DNA of 58,070 nt, counting the filler, from Sphacelaria rigidula (Eukaryota): assembly GCA_964200075.2 (NCBI GenBank). It is 5 parts of 5 records of this genome, joined end to end, with 100 filler letters (N's around TTAATTAATTAA, not from the genome) between each part and the next. Parts side by side here need not be neighbours in the genome. Positions count along the whole stretch, not along the records: positions 34,904 to 46,437 come from CAXNAA020004823.1; positions 46,538 to 58,070 come from CAXNAA020004824.1; 3 more parts are not named here. One strand, given 5' to 3'. The notes beneath the pieces were generated by a model. The model did no database searches. It saw only the letters and a program-made list of their open reading frames with translations, and was not told the origin of the DNA. Numbering within the stretch: position 1 is the stretch's first letter; the number at the start of each line of letters is the position of its first letter. The position numbers were made by a program, and so were the translations under genes. Shown here piece by piece: positions 36,964-50,332 of the stretch.

Positions 36964-38372
36964 GTATTCTGGAGAACGCGGAGGCTGCTTGTATGGCTGT
37001 GTTCGTTTGTATTCCTTCTCGCGCCTGAAACAGTTGGTACTGGTATGACTTTATTGCCCACGGGTGCGCGTGCATGTGTGTAGTATTTGTATTCCGAAAG
37101 TAATTGACATTTTAGCCATGATGGTTGTCTTCGCCACTCGGATGCAACTAGTGGCGCGCGACGGAGGAAGTCGAACGCGCGCTTTGTTGTGACATGCTGT
37201 TCGTAGCTGGAGTAATAGGCTGCGGAGCGGAAGCGCGGCGTGCGCTCAGCATCAGTAGTAGAATAGGGAAACCGACCACGTTTTGGGGACAGTGCGGTCC
37301 TATCTGACGTATTCTGTCGCTGCGTCGGGGTTCGAGGAGTGATAGGGTAGGCGGATACGAGAGAATCGTGAAGACGAATTTGACGAACATGATGAGGTAC
37401 AGGACGGGGGTTCGGAGGCGGAGACGTTACACAACACCCCACCCTCATCACCCGTGATGTGTTGGGCCTCTTGGAGGGGAGGAGGGGGACGGGGGTGATG
37501 CATTCGTGATCTTGCATGCCGTACTTATAAGACCTTTGACCTGGCATTTTTGTAAAGCCGGAACGAAGCACGCCGGGTTCTCTGCCGGACCAGGCGCGCA
37601 ATCACCAAGCGCGAAGCGTCGTCATGTGTTCTACGAGTTGCATTAGGGGGGGGCGTACTCATTTGTTGCTTGCCTTAGTCGTGTGACCATTGACCACGCA
37701 TCCCTTTCGAGACGGAGTCGCATTAGGAGTGGTTTGCATCTTATTAAGATTGTTCGGCCCGCAGCGTAATAACCTTGCATATGGATGGCAGCCTCGAATG
37801 AGTTGCTTCATTTTCTGGTATCACCACTTCCAGAGACAGCCACGTCTCACACTGGCTTATGAGTGTCTCAGCATTCGAACACCACGTAGTGCGACCATTT
37901 CCTTTTCGTGGAGTGGAAGCTCTCCCACTCCACAGATATGATCTGACTCGACTGCCATTATTGCGACCGCAAAAAAAACGCAAGCGAGATAAATATACGG
38001 TAACCGGGTTGCTAAGCTTACGCTGTGAGTGTCGTATTTTACTATCAACATTGCGAACCGCCGCCAATCTTCAAGGGGAAGGTATAGAAGCGAGAATATC
38101 GTATATGACGTGTTTTATTGATCGTGAATGTGTGTGGTGACCGCTTGTCCCATCTCTTCCTAAACAAGAGATTTACGGTCCGAAGGCCAATGCTTATCGT
38201 TCATTGAACATCCGCCGCGCTGCCGACACAACGAACGCCATCTTCGTTCTTCCCGATGACTGACGTTTCCATTCGACTCGTCGAACCCCCGGCATCTCCA
38301 ACACCCCTCAGCGCAGCAGTGATCGCCTCGTTTCCCCCTGCCCCCTACTGCGTTGTCGTTTTCATTCGACAG

Positions 38373-39846
38373 GAAGCTGATGCTCAACTGTTGGCGAGAC
38401 GACCCTCTTCGACGACCGAAGTTCACTCGCATCCTTCAGGCGCTCAAAACTAATGCTGCACGAAGCCGCGGAGAAAAATTATTTTCCCGTCCTAGCCCTT
38501 CGTCTCCCGGGCTCGATGTGACGGAATCATCTGGCCCGACCGGCGGGGGGATTCCTTTGTCCCGACCAGACTTGAAGCGACGAGAAACGTCGGATGGGGT
38601 CACCCGGCTGCGGCCTGGCAGCTTCGAAGCGCAAAGAAGCACGACTCCCACCCGTCCCGGCCAAGCCAACAACACGTACGGCAGCAGCGGCAACCCGATG
38701 GTATGCTCGACTGGCGGCAGGGGTAGAAACCCCCGCCGTGTGGGATCCGTCAATCTGCGACCGCGAACTGACGGCGACAGAGCTGATGCTGTCCAGTCGG
38801 GAGTGAGTGTTCGCCGCCCCCGCTCTGCGAGCCCCTGTCTCTCCTCGCGTGCCGACGTGCACACGGAGCACAGCATCAGAGCGTGGCACGCCCACCGTCG
38901 GTTGTCTAGCTTCAGCTCTGAGCGGCAGGGCGACGACGGTAGCGAAGCGGCACGGTTCAGTCTAGGTTGGAGCGGAAGCAGCGGGAGTACCGACAACCGT
39001 GAACTATCTCGCAATCTGAATTCGAGCGGACGTGGGCGCAACACACGCAAGAGCCCTGCTCCCCCCGCCGGCCAAAACAAATCTGTTGCAGACACCGAGG
39101 AAAAGAGCAACTTGACAGCACAATCGATCGCCGAACCATCGGGCATCGAAGGCGACAGCGGGAGTGGCGGTGGCAGCGGTGGGGATGCCGCTGTATTTGG
39201 CGCACCGACGCGTAATCCTACAAGGCAAGGATATCTGAATCAAGCAGAATCAGCATCGACGGTGGCGGCGGCAAAGGGGTACGACCCGGTGGCCTCAGTA
39301 TCTTCGGTACCTTCGACTCACTCGCCGCTGTCAGACAGATCATTTTCACCTCCTACCTCTTTCCCGCCCCTCATCCCGACGAAGGGGGAGGGAGACGGCT
39401 ACATAGCGCCTTCCCCGGTAACCAGCGATGCCCCGCGGCACGAGTCGACGCCGACCATGATGATGCCATTTTCCTCGTCCGCGTCGGAGGCTTCCTCGCT
39501 TCAGTCTTTCCGACCGAGCCAGCCGGGCAGCAGCCCCACGGTAGCGGCAGCGGCATCGCCCAGTAGCGCCGCAAAGCGTGGTGGAGTGTCGTTGGTATCC
39601 ACTGTCGCCTCAAAATCGTCGCCGCCCGACTTTCAGACGGTGTACTCGCCATGCCCAACTACTTCTGCGGTGGCTGAATCCTCAGCTGGACGCTCGACAA
39701 GGAACGTGACGGCGACGCAACGTGAGAGGCCTGCTCACGGTGATGACGGCGATGCACCGTCTGTTGCCTCGCCTGGTAGTGCCAAGCGGCCTTTCACGAG
39801 TGTGAAGACGGAGTCTGGTCTTGGTTGTCCATCACCCCACGCCTAA
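38373..39846 (+). CDS. Protein kinase terminal exon: subdomain XI plus S/P/G/R-rich tail
   Basis: TTTCATTCGACAG|G AAG; (R)KLMLNCWRDDPLRRPKFTRILQAL; phase 2 matches the previous exon; open to TAA 39844-39846. Confidence 0.88.
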
Positions 39847-40723
39847 TTTCATGCCTCTCCCGAGTCAGGAGATGAAACGGAAGCGAGGCTCACAGTGACA
39901 CAAAGACGTGGGAACATAATGAACCAGGCGTCGCAGAGACCTCAGAAGCTGCAAGGGTCGCAGAAGCAGCAGACTTCGCCGCCTCCCTCTCCGTCAGAAT
40001 TTCACGCCTCATCTACCGCAGGGGAGAGGTCCGAGGTGGTGTGTGCGCCGCCGAGGGTGAGCGGCCGCCATTTAACGAGCGAGCAGGATGCTCCTGCTAC
40101 TTCTCCTGGACAAGAGAAATTGCGTAATGCGGACTTGATGGATTCAAATCTGGATGCAGGACATGTCGGTTCTTCGAAGATGAAATCGGCGCCGGTGCGT
40201 GACCCGCAACAAATGAAGCGCGTGGATAATGATGCTCTGTTACCTCGGCATGCGGGGACCGGAGTAACCAAGCTTGGCGAGATATCTCAGCCATGATACT
40301 GAGGCCGACAGTTCGATATCGGTGTCTCGTTGTGGTCGATGGTCCACCCGACCTCGAAGTGACGAGAGTAGCAGGAGATTTCATACCGACAATATAGCCA
40401 GCTCGACCACACTCTACAGGCCAGAGGGTCAAGGACGCAGGGAGAGCGCTGGATACTAGGAATACCCTGGAGAGCAGGGTGCGACGACAGGGTCGGGATC
40501 GAGGAGGGACATAGGGGCAAGGCGGGAGGTGTACAGGGACAGGGATAGTGCTAGGGCGATGCAAGACTGGGCGAGTTCCCACGAGGATGTGATCGTGCAT
40601 GGGTTCCGTTCGACGACCGAACCTCCTTCTCGGTTAGTGGTTGGAAACAAGGCCCTGCCGCCCCGACTGGAGAATCATAAAGAGGGGGAGAATGGATATT
40701 TCGACAACCACCAGTGGCAGTAG
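39847..40723 (+). pseudogene. Former continuation of the kinase tail beyond the stop
   Basis: The frame stays open from 39847 to TGA 40294-40296; a second frame runs 40274-40723 with one TAG; composition matches the tail. Confidence 0.55.
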
Positions 40724-43585
40724 GGATGGCAAAGAGCTGCTTCGGGAACAGCGTAGAGTAGTCGCGAAGGAAGATTGGAGAGTTTGGGTATGTGATGCGC
40801 GGTTCGGACTGAGATGAGCGCGTAGGTTTCCTGGCGGTCGGCTTCCCGGTGGCCTGTGTGTGCTGCTGAGGGAGGAAACGTGAGCACTTTCCAGCTGACC
40901 GCAACCAAAAAATGTGTTTGAACGAGTGGTAGTTAGAGGGAAATGTCCGAAATCACGGGAGGTAGCCAGGAAGGAGTGGGTTCGGCGTGGTCATCTGTGC
41001 ATATGTGCAGGTCTCAATACAGTACCACCTATATTTTCACAGTACAGTAGTCCACCCCCGCAATCCTTTGGCAGGATATTGCACATTGAAAGTGCCACAG
41101 TACAGCAATACTTGTCGTACACATCAATAGTAAATATTTCCGAACGACCCATTGTAGCCACAAGTAACTCCCGGCATGGTGTGGATGCAGCAGCGACATT
41201 TGTGGGAGTGCTTCGTCGTGACATCGTCCACCGCTACTGCAATGTGCTGGTCACACAGATCGGGATGCCCTCCCTAGCTGGGGAGCCAAAGCACGCTCCT
41301 CATCGGTGGGAATATACGCCGTAATCGGTCTCGCTACTTGGTAGTCGTGAAAGCAAATGTCGTGCGCAGAGACCCACGACCAGAGTCGAAAGTGACTTCT
41401 TGGCGTGCGCGTGGAGTAGTTACTGGCAACCGCTACAGAGTAGATGGCCGTCACGTCGTTCCTCACGTACGCTGCCACCGGCGGCTGATCGGGATTGGAG
41501 GTGTATCGGGTAAAGCAATTGCTATGCAAGGTCAGTCGGTCTTCGCGTTCTTCTCTAGCCCGTTCTTCCGCTACATGTTGGTCTAGTCTCACAGTATCTT
41601 TGCGTGTGCGCTGTCCTGGCCCCTGGCAGCTTTGAGTCATGTCTGATGTTTGGGTGTCGCAGCTCTGTGTTTTAATCAAATGGTTCACCCCAAAAGCTTG
41701 CTGAACTAGCAACCAGTTTCCACCTGAGCGCGAGTCGAGTACAGGTAGCGTACCTTGACACCATCTGGGTGATGCGCTGTCTCTCGCCTATTTTTTAATC
41801 CGTTGGTGCTTTTTTTCACTGCTGTAGGTTGGTCGGTATGGTATCTACTAATTACATTGGTTGTCCCATTTTTCGTTTATCTCGTGGCTTCCGTTTTTCG
41901 TTCCACTCTGTTCCATCTTCCTACGAGTATTCAGTTTCTATTTTTCGTCTTTCCCCTTTTTCGAGCTACCTCGGCTACGTCTATGTTGTTGACCACGGGT
42001 TGATATATCGGGGATCAGCTACAGTATAGTGGTGTTTAAATCAGCCTTTGCGGTATACCGTGAAAACGAAACAATACGGTCCCGTCTTCACTCACGGTGG
42101 TTTGCACGTTGAGTGGAAAATGGTCAGTGTAGATTTTGAATAAACCGATCCCGTTTTTCATTCGAAAATATCGTCATGATCGATGTTGTAGATTCCAGAA
42201 TGCTGTTGCGCGACAGCTGAATAGCAGGATAACCAGCGATGTTCAGATTATTGTTCAACTGTATTGGGAGCTATTTGTTGAGTTGCGGCTTTTTGCATGT
42301 TCGGGCACGGCGTTTGGTCTTCTTGGAAGAATGACCTAACATTTCGAGGAACGGTGGTAGACACCAGGATGTCGAACATGTTTCGGATTCATTGTCTACT
42401 TTTTCTCGATCGAATGGAACAAGTGGCGAATCTATGCGTGTTTTTAGGGGCCTCGCTGTACACTTAGTGCTCGTACTGGAACGAAGCTCTGTACCTTCCA
42501 TGTTGGAATAGTTATTAGTTTGTAATTACTTGTTGAAAGTGACCGTGGGGGTGTATGTGAAGGCGATGCAGTTTGGTTGACGATCCGTCCTGCATAAAGG
42601 AGCAACTTCTTCGCAGAGCTTGTACCGCGTTCCGTTTGTTTATCTTCAGAGTGGTTTTAGACCTTTTGCCGCGTAGGGTTGTCCATCTTTTGCATCGGCA
42701 TCTTCTTGACTAGACGATGTGTATCAGACTCAGGTGTCCATCTGAGGGCGTGGAAAAGGTCAATGGTTGCGAGTTCATGTTATTGGGTCGCAAGACTACG
42801 TGGGGTGAAGGCGAGAGCGTGGGCGGGGACCGGGAGGGCTAGAGTTGTACGAATTCTCCGATAGGTAATCCGCGTTCATTCGTCTGTATGTGATCTATGA
42901 ACATTGCAGGCTCAGATCTCACGATTGGGCAGCTTTCAAGAGCGAAGTTCGTTTTTTATATTCTGCGTATTCACTCGCCGGTAGCTTGTTCTGTTTTTGT
43001 TTTTTGTGCACGCAGAGAGCGTAATTTAAAGCAAAAACGGCTCGATGGTACAGTGTGGAATCAACTTGGGTCAGCACCTCGGACAAACCTCTACCGTACA
43101 TACAGTGAATTGCACGTAACGCAGCACCTGGTTGGTGGGATGGCGAGGGCGATGGCGGTGCAAATAGTACTGTAATTAATATCCCGAGAGTGAATGATCT
43201 GGGTGTATGTGTGGGTATTCTCACACCTTTCATCGCCCCCGCTTTGAACCATCGAACTTTCGAGAAAGCTGAGTATTGGCTCGACCGTACAGTGGAAAAG
43301 TACAGCTGAGCATTGGGTCGATCTTATAGTTGGAAACTATCCTGTCGGAGGCGTGTCTACTCGTACGCAGCGGTGATTCGGCGTGAGTTTTCGACGGAAG
43401 TATTCGCGTCAGCGCTGACAGCACCAACGCACCAAGGTATGGGACTGTATTTTTCTAGTATTCCAACAGTATGGTCGAATGATGACGCACTCAAACGGTT
43501 CAAGTACAACGCACTACCAACACCGCCATCGCTCGGAATTCAGCAGGCCATCAATTGCGTTTATGTGCTGCACCTGTGCCGTAAA

Positions 43586-43950
43586 ACATCTGGAGGCTTT
43601 GATTATTGGACAACATCCATCATAGAGATGGATATCCATCTGAGGTTTCTATCGTCGACGTCAGATCCAATTTGGATACGGGTACTGTATTCATGATGAA
43701 TCTAGATGCCTTTGATGAACATCCCAGATGGATGGACATCCGTGTCCATAATGGATTTCCTTCAGTATATATGGACAGCCATCTTGAATATTCATCTTGG
43801 ATATCGATCTTGAATGACATTGAACCTAGATACCCATAATGAATGTCCAAGATGCATCAATATGGATACCCACGACGAGCAAGAACCTATTTCCAACCCT
43901 AATCCTAACCGTAACCGTAACCTCGAAGATGGATATCCATGATGGATATT
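43586..43950. repeat. GATGGATATCCATC-rich repeat with degenerate (CCCTAA)n tract
   Basis: Multiple palindromic ATGGATATCCAT-like units; CCAACCCTAATCCTAACCGTAACCGTAACC at 43893-43922; a similar motif array lies at ~26600-26765. Confidence 0.6.
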
Positions 43951-45064
43951 GCACGATAATGGAAGAACGTGCTCGGCTTGGGCTCTACCGTACTAAATCG
44001 TTGGCTCGACTTACATGATGGTAGTGCTCGGAGCTCTGATTCTCATACGACGCATGCACGAGCACAGTACAAAAGGCTGTATTCACCTGTACTACAACGC
44101 CCTGTAACGTTAGCATGTCGAAGAGTAAGCAAGCGTATAAGCAAACATGCCTGGCGAGATAGACGGGACAGTAGCAATCTGCCCGATAATACGTATTCGC
44201 CGTGTCTACGACAGATCAGCACCCCAAGCTCTTCCTATCACGCAATAGATCAGTCGGTATCCACTTGATCTACAGGCCGGCTTACGGAAAAAGCCCCAAA
44301 TTCTGTCATCAGCAAATGCCTTCTGCAATACGCACCCAATAGCCGCATACATGGTATCATACTGACCGCAATGTACAGACGAAGAGGGTGACATAGTCGG
44401 ATTTTTTTAAAGGCTATAGCGGTGGCGCTATGGACAAAAATGTGTCTCGACCAATCAGCGCCTTTCAAACTGTTCCGAAAATACGAATTCCAAGCCCAAT
44501 TTCCACCGAATCTCCACATGCTTCAAATCGCAGTGACCGTCACCACCAAAATAATCTAACGGGAGAAATGGAGTTGAAAACGGTTTCAACGGGGTCGAAT
44601 TATACCCGAAACTGTCATGTTCCGGTGATGTGGAGTTTGGCGTTGTCTAATTTATACTCATGATACGTAGGAAAGACCCAGGGAGCCTCGTGACGATTTC
44701 CCTCGTATCTGTTGTAGAAAAGCTCAGATCATCCTCAAACTTGGCAGTTCCGTATGTATTGATGCTCCAAATGGGAAATTTGTGTTCTTGGCAAGGGTTT
44801 AAAGTTTCTCCATTCTCTACCGACTTCCGGGGGTCCCAGTACAAAGACCCCCGAAAAGCGGTACAGAATGACTCAAAAGAAAAAATAATAACATGATGCG
44901 TCCCAGGATGGTCCAAGGAACACATGTACATTTTTTGGTGGAGAAACTCAAAAATCTCATACATGTTTTCTTGCCTTGACGTAAAATTCGCCCTAAAATA
45001 CGTTTTCATACTCAAACCAAGTAGATAGGAGTTTGCACGTTTTAAGCTCACATCCTCGCACAAA

Positions 45065-45152
45065 CGCGGAAAACTTCGCGCCGTTTTAAGGAGTTAGATC
45101 CTGAAATTTCGCACAGGTGTTCTATGGGTCATTACACAACTTTGCAAGGGCA

Positions 45153-45187
<35 letters not shown>

Positions 45188-45430
45188 TGTTTTTTGTCTT
45201 GATTGAATTTTTTAATATAAATCTTGGATACTTTAAAAAATTTGCGCCGTTTTACGGGGTTTCGACTGGATCGAAGTTTTCACGACAAAACCGGGACCCC
45301 GGAAAAACGGTGAAAACATTCAAGGAAAAAAAGAACTCGCTTAACCAAAGTTGCGTAATGACCAATATTACACCTGTGAAAAATTTCAGGGTCTAACTCC
45401 TTAAAACGGCGTGAAGATTTGCCGATGAGT
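45065..45430. mobile_element. Foldback element related to 30-297
   Basis: CGCCGTTTTAAGGAGTTAGATCCTGAAATTT...GGTCATTACACAACTTTG pairs with CAAAGTTGCGTAATGACC...AAATTTCAGGGTCTAACTCCTTAAAACGGCG. Confidence 0.75.
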
Positions 45431-46437
45431 GCATTTGGTTTTTTTTCCGTGAACCAGCCTGTACAAAATTCTTGTTCACTCGTACTCTATGTCGCTCTGC
45501 TCAATGCTCATTCACATGTTTCACCGGCTACAGATAGCTTTTGTCAGCGTTCCGAGGCCAAACGTCGCAAGTGCTTCGGGAGCTGGGGCGCTAGCTGACT
45601 ATACACTTTTGACTTCACATCCGGTCTGATCAAGCCTGATCAGATGCGCAATCTCACAGCCCCGGGTTTGGCCATAAACGCCTTCTGACCTCATTACACT
45701 AGCCCACCCACACGAGCCTCTATTACAGTTGCGATGAGTAAAGTCTCAAAAAGCAACGAACATTCAGGCTTTTCTCCACGTGGAGTCTTGAGAGGCAAGG
45801 AAAGCGAACTACGAAAATAAAAGTGTTGGGAGAAACACTTGACCGTACTGGATGGAAGAAAAGTACACCCAAGATCAGGAGGGCAATGCCCACTCCCTTG
45901 CCCGATCCTTCCACAACCTCAAACAAGGGAAGCAGAGCCCGTTGCTACAAAAGGCACAACTACACTTGAATACGCAGGAGCATACAATGCTGCTGCCGGC
46001 TAGCAGAAACAAATGGAAGAACAAAAAATGCTTTGACGCGCGTCAGCCAAATAAAAAGGCAAACCGGGAAGGCATAACAGAGAACACAACATCTATGTGG
46101 GTGATACCAGACTAAATCGCCACAAGGTCAATCACATGCGGCAAACACATATTGGGCCAAACCGAGAGAGGTAAGAGAATCAGCGACACAAAGACTAAAA
46201 AGAGTTTAGCGCCAGCCATACACGTCAAGAGCGAGAACACGTACAGCTCCGGTAGTCGAGAATAAAGGTGCTCCAGGCAAACTCCGTTCGTGGTCCGGTT
46301 GTTGGGCTCCGGAGAAGCCCGGTTTATGTAGGCTGTTGGAGGAATTGGTGTTGTGGCAATCGTATGTAACAGCCGATCCTAATTTTTGGGGTTGAAACAA
46401 AATAATATGAGGTTGAAGTCCCATCCCTTCATTGCAG

Positions 46438-46537
46438 NNNNNNNNNNNNNNNNNNNNNNNNNNNNNNNNNNNNNNNNNNNNTTAATTAATTAANNNNNNN
46501 NNNNNNNNNNNNNNNNNNNNNNNNNNNNNNNNNNNNN
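46438..46537. other. Artificial scaffold spacer
   Basis: N44-TTAATTAATTAA-N44. Confidence 0.99.
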
Positions 46538-47178
46538 TGTTTGTTGCTGGCTTTGTTCTTGTGACGGTTGACCACGCATCCTTTTCGAGAGGGAGGAGGG
46601 GGGGGGGGGGGGGGGGGAGTGCTATCACGGATTTACTCGGGGTAGGGTACGAAGCGCGCTTGAAGTGTGGATATTATCATCGTATGATATCCTGGGTGCC
46701 CGCGGCACCCGTAGTGCTGGTTGTTGTACCCAGTCCGTGCGTACCCTGCGGTATTTTGTACGTGTTGTCGACCGTCGATACTCTGCTGACCCCGGACTTC
46801 TGTGTTCAACGGTCCAAGTACTTGCGAAAAATCCAGGGCACCTAAGGGTACGGAGGTCATATCCCAACTGGGTAAACGCAGAACTTTCTCGGGAATGTAT
46901 TTGAAAAAAGAAAAATCCGAACCCGAACCCGAACCCGAAACAAGGCCTACCGAGAATCTTCGGGCAAGGGGGGTGCTAAGTGTGCCCTAGGCAAAGTATG
47001 CGTTGGTAGACCTCAAATCGACGTTTGCGGTGCTGATTTGGACAAGAACGCGTTCTGCGCGCGCCAGGAGCGCTCGGGACTGTCAGCCACATTAAAGATC
47101 CGAATTTCGATGTTCACTCCCGAGTCAAGTGAGAATATTCCGCGGAAGTTCTCCTCACCAAGTGGTAATATCTACTGA

Positions 47179-47965
47179 GGCGGGCTCTCATCAGAAGTGA
47201 TTGTCACTTTTCAAAAAATCACTTTTGGAGAAGTGATCGCCCTCACAACGAACAGTGCCGAGTCTTACCGACAAGCAGTTTCGTCCAGATCGAAGCCCAG
47301 ATCTACTCACAAGTGAAAAATGCGGCGGTTCTGGAAGTGGCCGTTAGTCCAATATCTCTGTACTGCTGCGGATAAGACGCAACGAGGTAGCACAGCGCCG
47401 ACACATCGACCCACGAGAACCGACGCATGGACACCCACGACTCACGCGCATTAGGTCAAGCGTTAGCTCTTCATCATCTGTATACACGATAGCCTTTGTT
47501 TGACGGAAATCCGTCCAGTATTGGATGAAAGGCGGCCGCGTGCGTGTCAAATAACAGCCGAAAACGTGCTCTTGCTGACTGTGAGGGTGTGCTGTGCGTG
47601 CGTCTCACGCAAATCATTACTTCTCACTGGATGCTGAACCGATTTGAGCAAGGTCACGGACAGCATGCTCAGCAGATGAGCAGCAATGGATGGAGCGGTG
47701 TGTTTTGATGTGGGAGGGCAATGCGATTCTCAGGCTCACGTTTAATTGTGTTGAATTGTCTGTCAAGCCATCGGTTACGCCCCTGTCAAGGAGATGTTTC
47801 ATGTTCCCGTTCGAGGTGTCACAAAATCACTTTTGCACTAGTGATTTTTTGGCACTTTTTTCGGGGGGGGGAGGGGGGGGGTGGTATCGCAGCAACCAAT
47901 CATCGGTCGTTTTTTACAAGAGTGATTTCTTGGACAGCGATAATCACTTCTGATTAGACCCCGCC
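47179..47965 (-). mobile_element. MITE family B, second copy
   Basis: GGCGGGCTCTCATCAGAAGTGAT...ATCACTTCTGATTAGACCCCGCC; TGA duplicated at 47176-47178 and 47966-47968; reverse complement of 5589-6333. Confidence 0.9.
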
Positions 47966-48431
47966 TGACCCCAGGCACCTCCGAAATGTCCCGCCGGCTG
48001 GCGGTTAGCGAGCAACGGATATGGCAGAGAAGCACGGCGAAATAGAATCACTGGCGCTGTGCATGATACCCGGACATACCAGATATTGCGCAATATGATA
48101 CATGGCGGAATATTCCCAATCGAGGGAATATGTGTCTTGTGGGAGCGAAAGAATTTCCAATTGCATTATTGAATTAAATCGAATCACACATGAATCATCA
48201 TACATGTGAGATGACGAATACCGAATAGAACCGGAAGGGCTCAGGGCGTGGAACGTCTGTACTGCTGCTGATACCGAGCATCGAAGCGATTGTCATTTAA
48301 TACGCTTGAGGGAGTGGCAGGCAGACGTAGTAGAAGGCGCGCAGAACGGCGGGCCTGAACATCCAGCCAGCTTACTGTTCGATTGCAGGCAGTGCGAGTG
48401 TCGAAGGTGGCACAACAGGAACACTGCAAGG

Positions 48432-48690
48432 ATCGGACGAATGAATGATTCGTCCGGAAATTACTTGATTTCAGTGTAATTGATTCGTACCGTACGAATC
48501 AACCCTAAGGCTTTTGTTTTCACCGTTGCAACCCAGGTACGCGTAGCCCAGGCACGCGGAATGGCGCAAAAGTTGCGTGGAGACCTCTTTGACCAGCGGT
48601 CGACTTTTTTTCTCTCTTCCGAGCAATCAGGTCCTAGAAATCATGGATTTAATGAATCGAATCGGCGATGATTCGTCCGAACCGTGGAAC
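48432..48690 (-). mobile_element. MITE family D, second copy
   Basis: Reverse complement of 33290-33575. Confidence 0.75.
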
Positions 48691-49122
48691 GCTGTACTTT
48701 GTACTGTGAGCATTATGGGAGGGGTCGCATCGTTTTCACCATATATTTATCTTTGTTGTCGTTTTTGTTGTTATTGTTATTGTTGGTGTTGTCATTGTTG
48801 TTGCTGTTGTTGTTCTTGTCGTTCTTATATAAAGCCATCCGGTGTAATGGATGGTCGTTATTTGCTTCCCTGCACAGTTTTGTGCTACAGTACCTCGCTA
48901 CTGCAACGATTGAACGGTCCATCCTTGTTTGATTCCATCACACGTACTATTTTTTTTTCACCTGTTGCGGTGATTTGTCTTTGCGCATGCTTTCCGCGTG
49001 GGACGGTTTTGATTGTCAAGGTGGAGAAGCCATCCCGCGCGACTCACCGGGAAGGAAAACAGACACACCCATACACATACATATATACGAGACACACGTG
49101 CAGACGCAGCAGCGAAGGCAGT

Positions 49123-49194
49123 ATGTCGGGCGAGGAGGTTGCGAAGGCGTTCGTTTCGCACTTTTACAGCAAGTTCACTGCCGGAGGAACTCAG
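49123..49194 (+). CDS. NTF2: Nuclear transport factor 2 family protein, coding exon 1
   Basis: ATG...CAG|GTACGT; MSGEEVAKAFVSHFYSKFTAGGTQ (NTF2 N-terminal helix pattern). Confidence 0.9.
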
Positions 49195-49439
49195 GTACGT
49201 CTCGCGATTGTTTATTTTATTCTTTCTCATTTTTTTTTTTTTTCACCCTGTTACGTACGATTGGTCCGGGTTTGTTTTGGTCTCTTGTTTCTCCGTTTTA
49301 CAGAACTCCGTTTGTTTCGTTCATTCTCTCGTTTTATTTTCCCATCCTTACTCTTTTTTTTCAGCTAGCGTTGTCCGTTTTGGTTGTACCCTGGGGAGGT
49401 GCATACGCCCATCCTGCGTACTCTGGATAATGACAGTAC

Positions 49440-49795
49440 ATGACACATCGCCAGAAAGTGTACGGCGCACAGTGTGGAATCTGTTGTCTGTCGCAATATA
49501 AGCAACAACAGTCTATACTGTGAGCAGTACACTTTTCAGGAATTCATTTATGTTGCCATTTTGGAGGGTGTGCCATCTTGTTGATAATGACTCGCGGCTG
49601 GTTCGGTTCCTTCGGGATCAGTTCATGTGCGACAAGCATTCGGTCATTATCCACAAGATAGCACACCCTGGATAATGGCAACATGAATACATTCTTAAAA
49701 AGTGTACTGCTTACAGTATCGACTGTTGTTGCTTATATTGCGATAGACGAAAGATTTCACGCTGTAAGCTGAACACGTTTTGGCAATGTGTTACG
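49440..49795. mobile_element. Foldback MITE in NTF2 intron 1
   Basis: TCGCAATATAAGCAACAACAGTCTATACTGTGAGCAGTACACTTTT pairs with AAAAGTGTACTGCTTACAGTATCGACTGTTGTTGCTTATATTGCGA; a related fragment lies at ~51285-51450. Confidence 0.8.
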
Positions 49796-50332
49796 CGGTT
49801 GGCGCTGCCCTTGGTCCCAGTTGTCGTTCAAACCCTTTGACCGTCAGGGTGGGTCCTTACGATTCCTCTGGGGGTACCACGCTGTCGTCCTTTTTTGTAG
49901 AAGGGCCGTCCTGCAGTGACACACAAAGAGATTCCAAACCAACCACTTGATGGGCCATTATCCTTGTGGGGGCCAACGAAGCAACGACTAACAACCACCT
50001 GATACTTTTCGGAATATCTTATATATTTTCCTTCTTGATCCAACACCGACTTTTTAAAAACCTAGATGTCGTTGTGAATGATCGCTGCCCCCTCCCCCCT
50101 GTACAGGATCAAGGTTGAGGTACGAGAGCAGTTCAACGAAGCAGGGTTCAAATGACAGTCTCGTGAGGGGGGGGCGTACTCATCTGTTGCTTGCCTTGGT
50201 CGTTTGGCCATTGACCTATCCCTTTCGAGTCGGAGCACCGTTCCTGCTCCTATAATAGAGAGACACCTCCAACATTTAGGTGCTAATTGCGTTTCTTCCA
50301 CACATCTCTTCAGGCGGGGGGTACCTGGTGAA

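Noticed and set aside
38436-39146. 236-aa minus-strand ORF
   Set aside because: Antisense shadow of the kinase terminal exon.
48577-49122. Cys-rich N-terminal extension of NTF2 in ORF 48577-49368
   Set aside because: Runs through a MITE and a (TTG)-like tract; the NTF2 pattern starts at ATG 49123.
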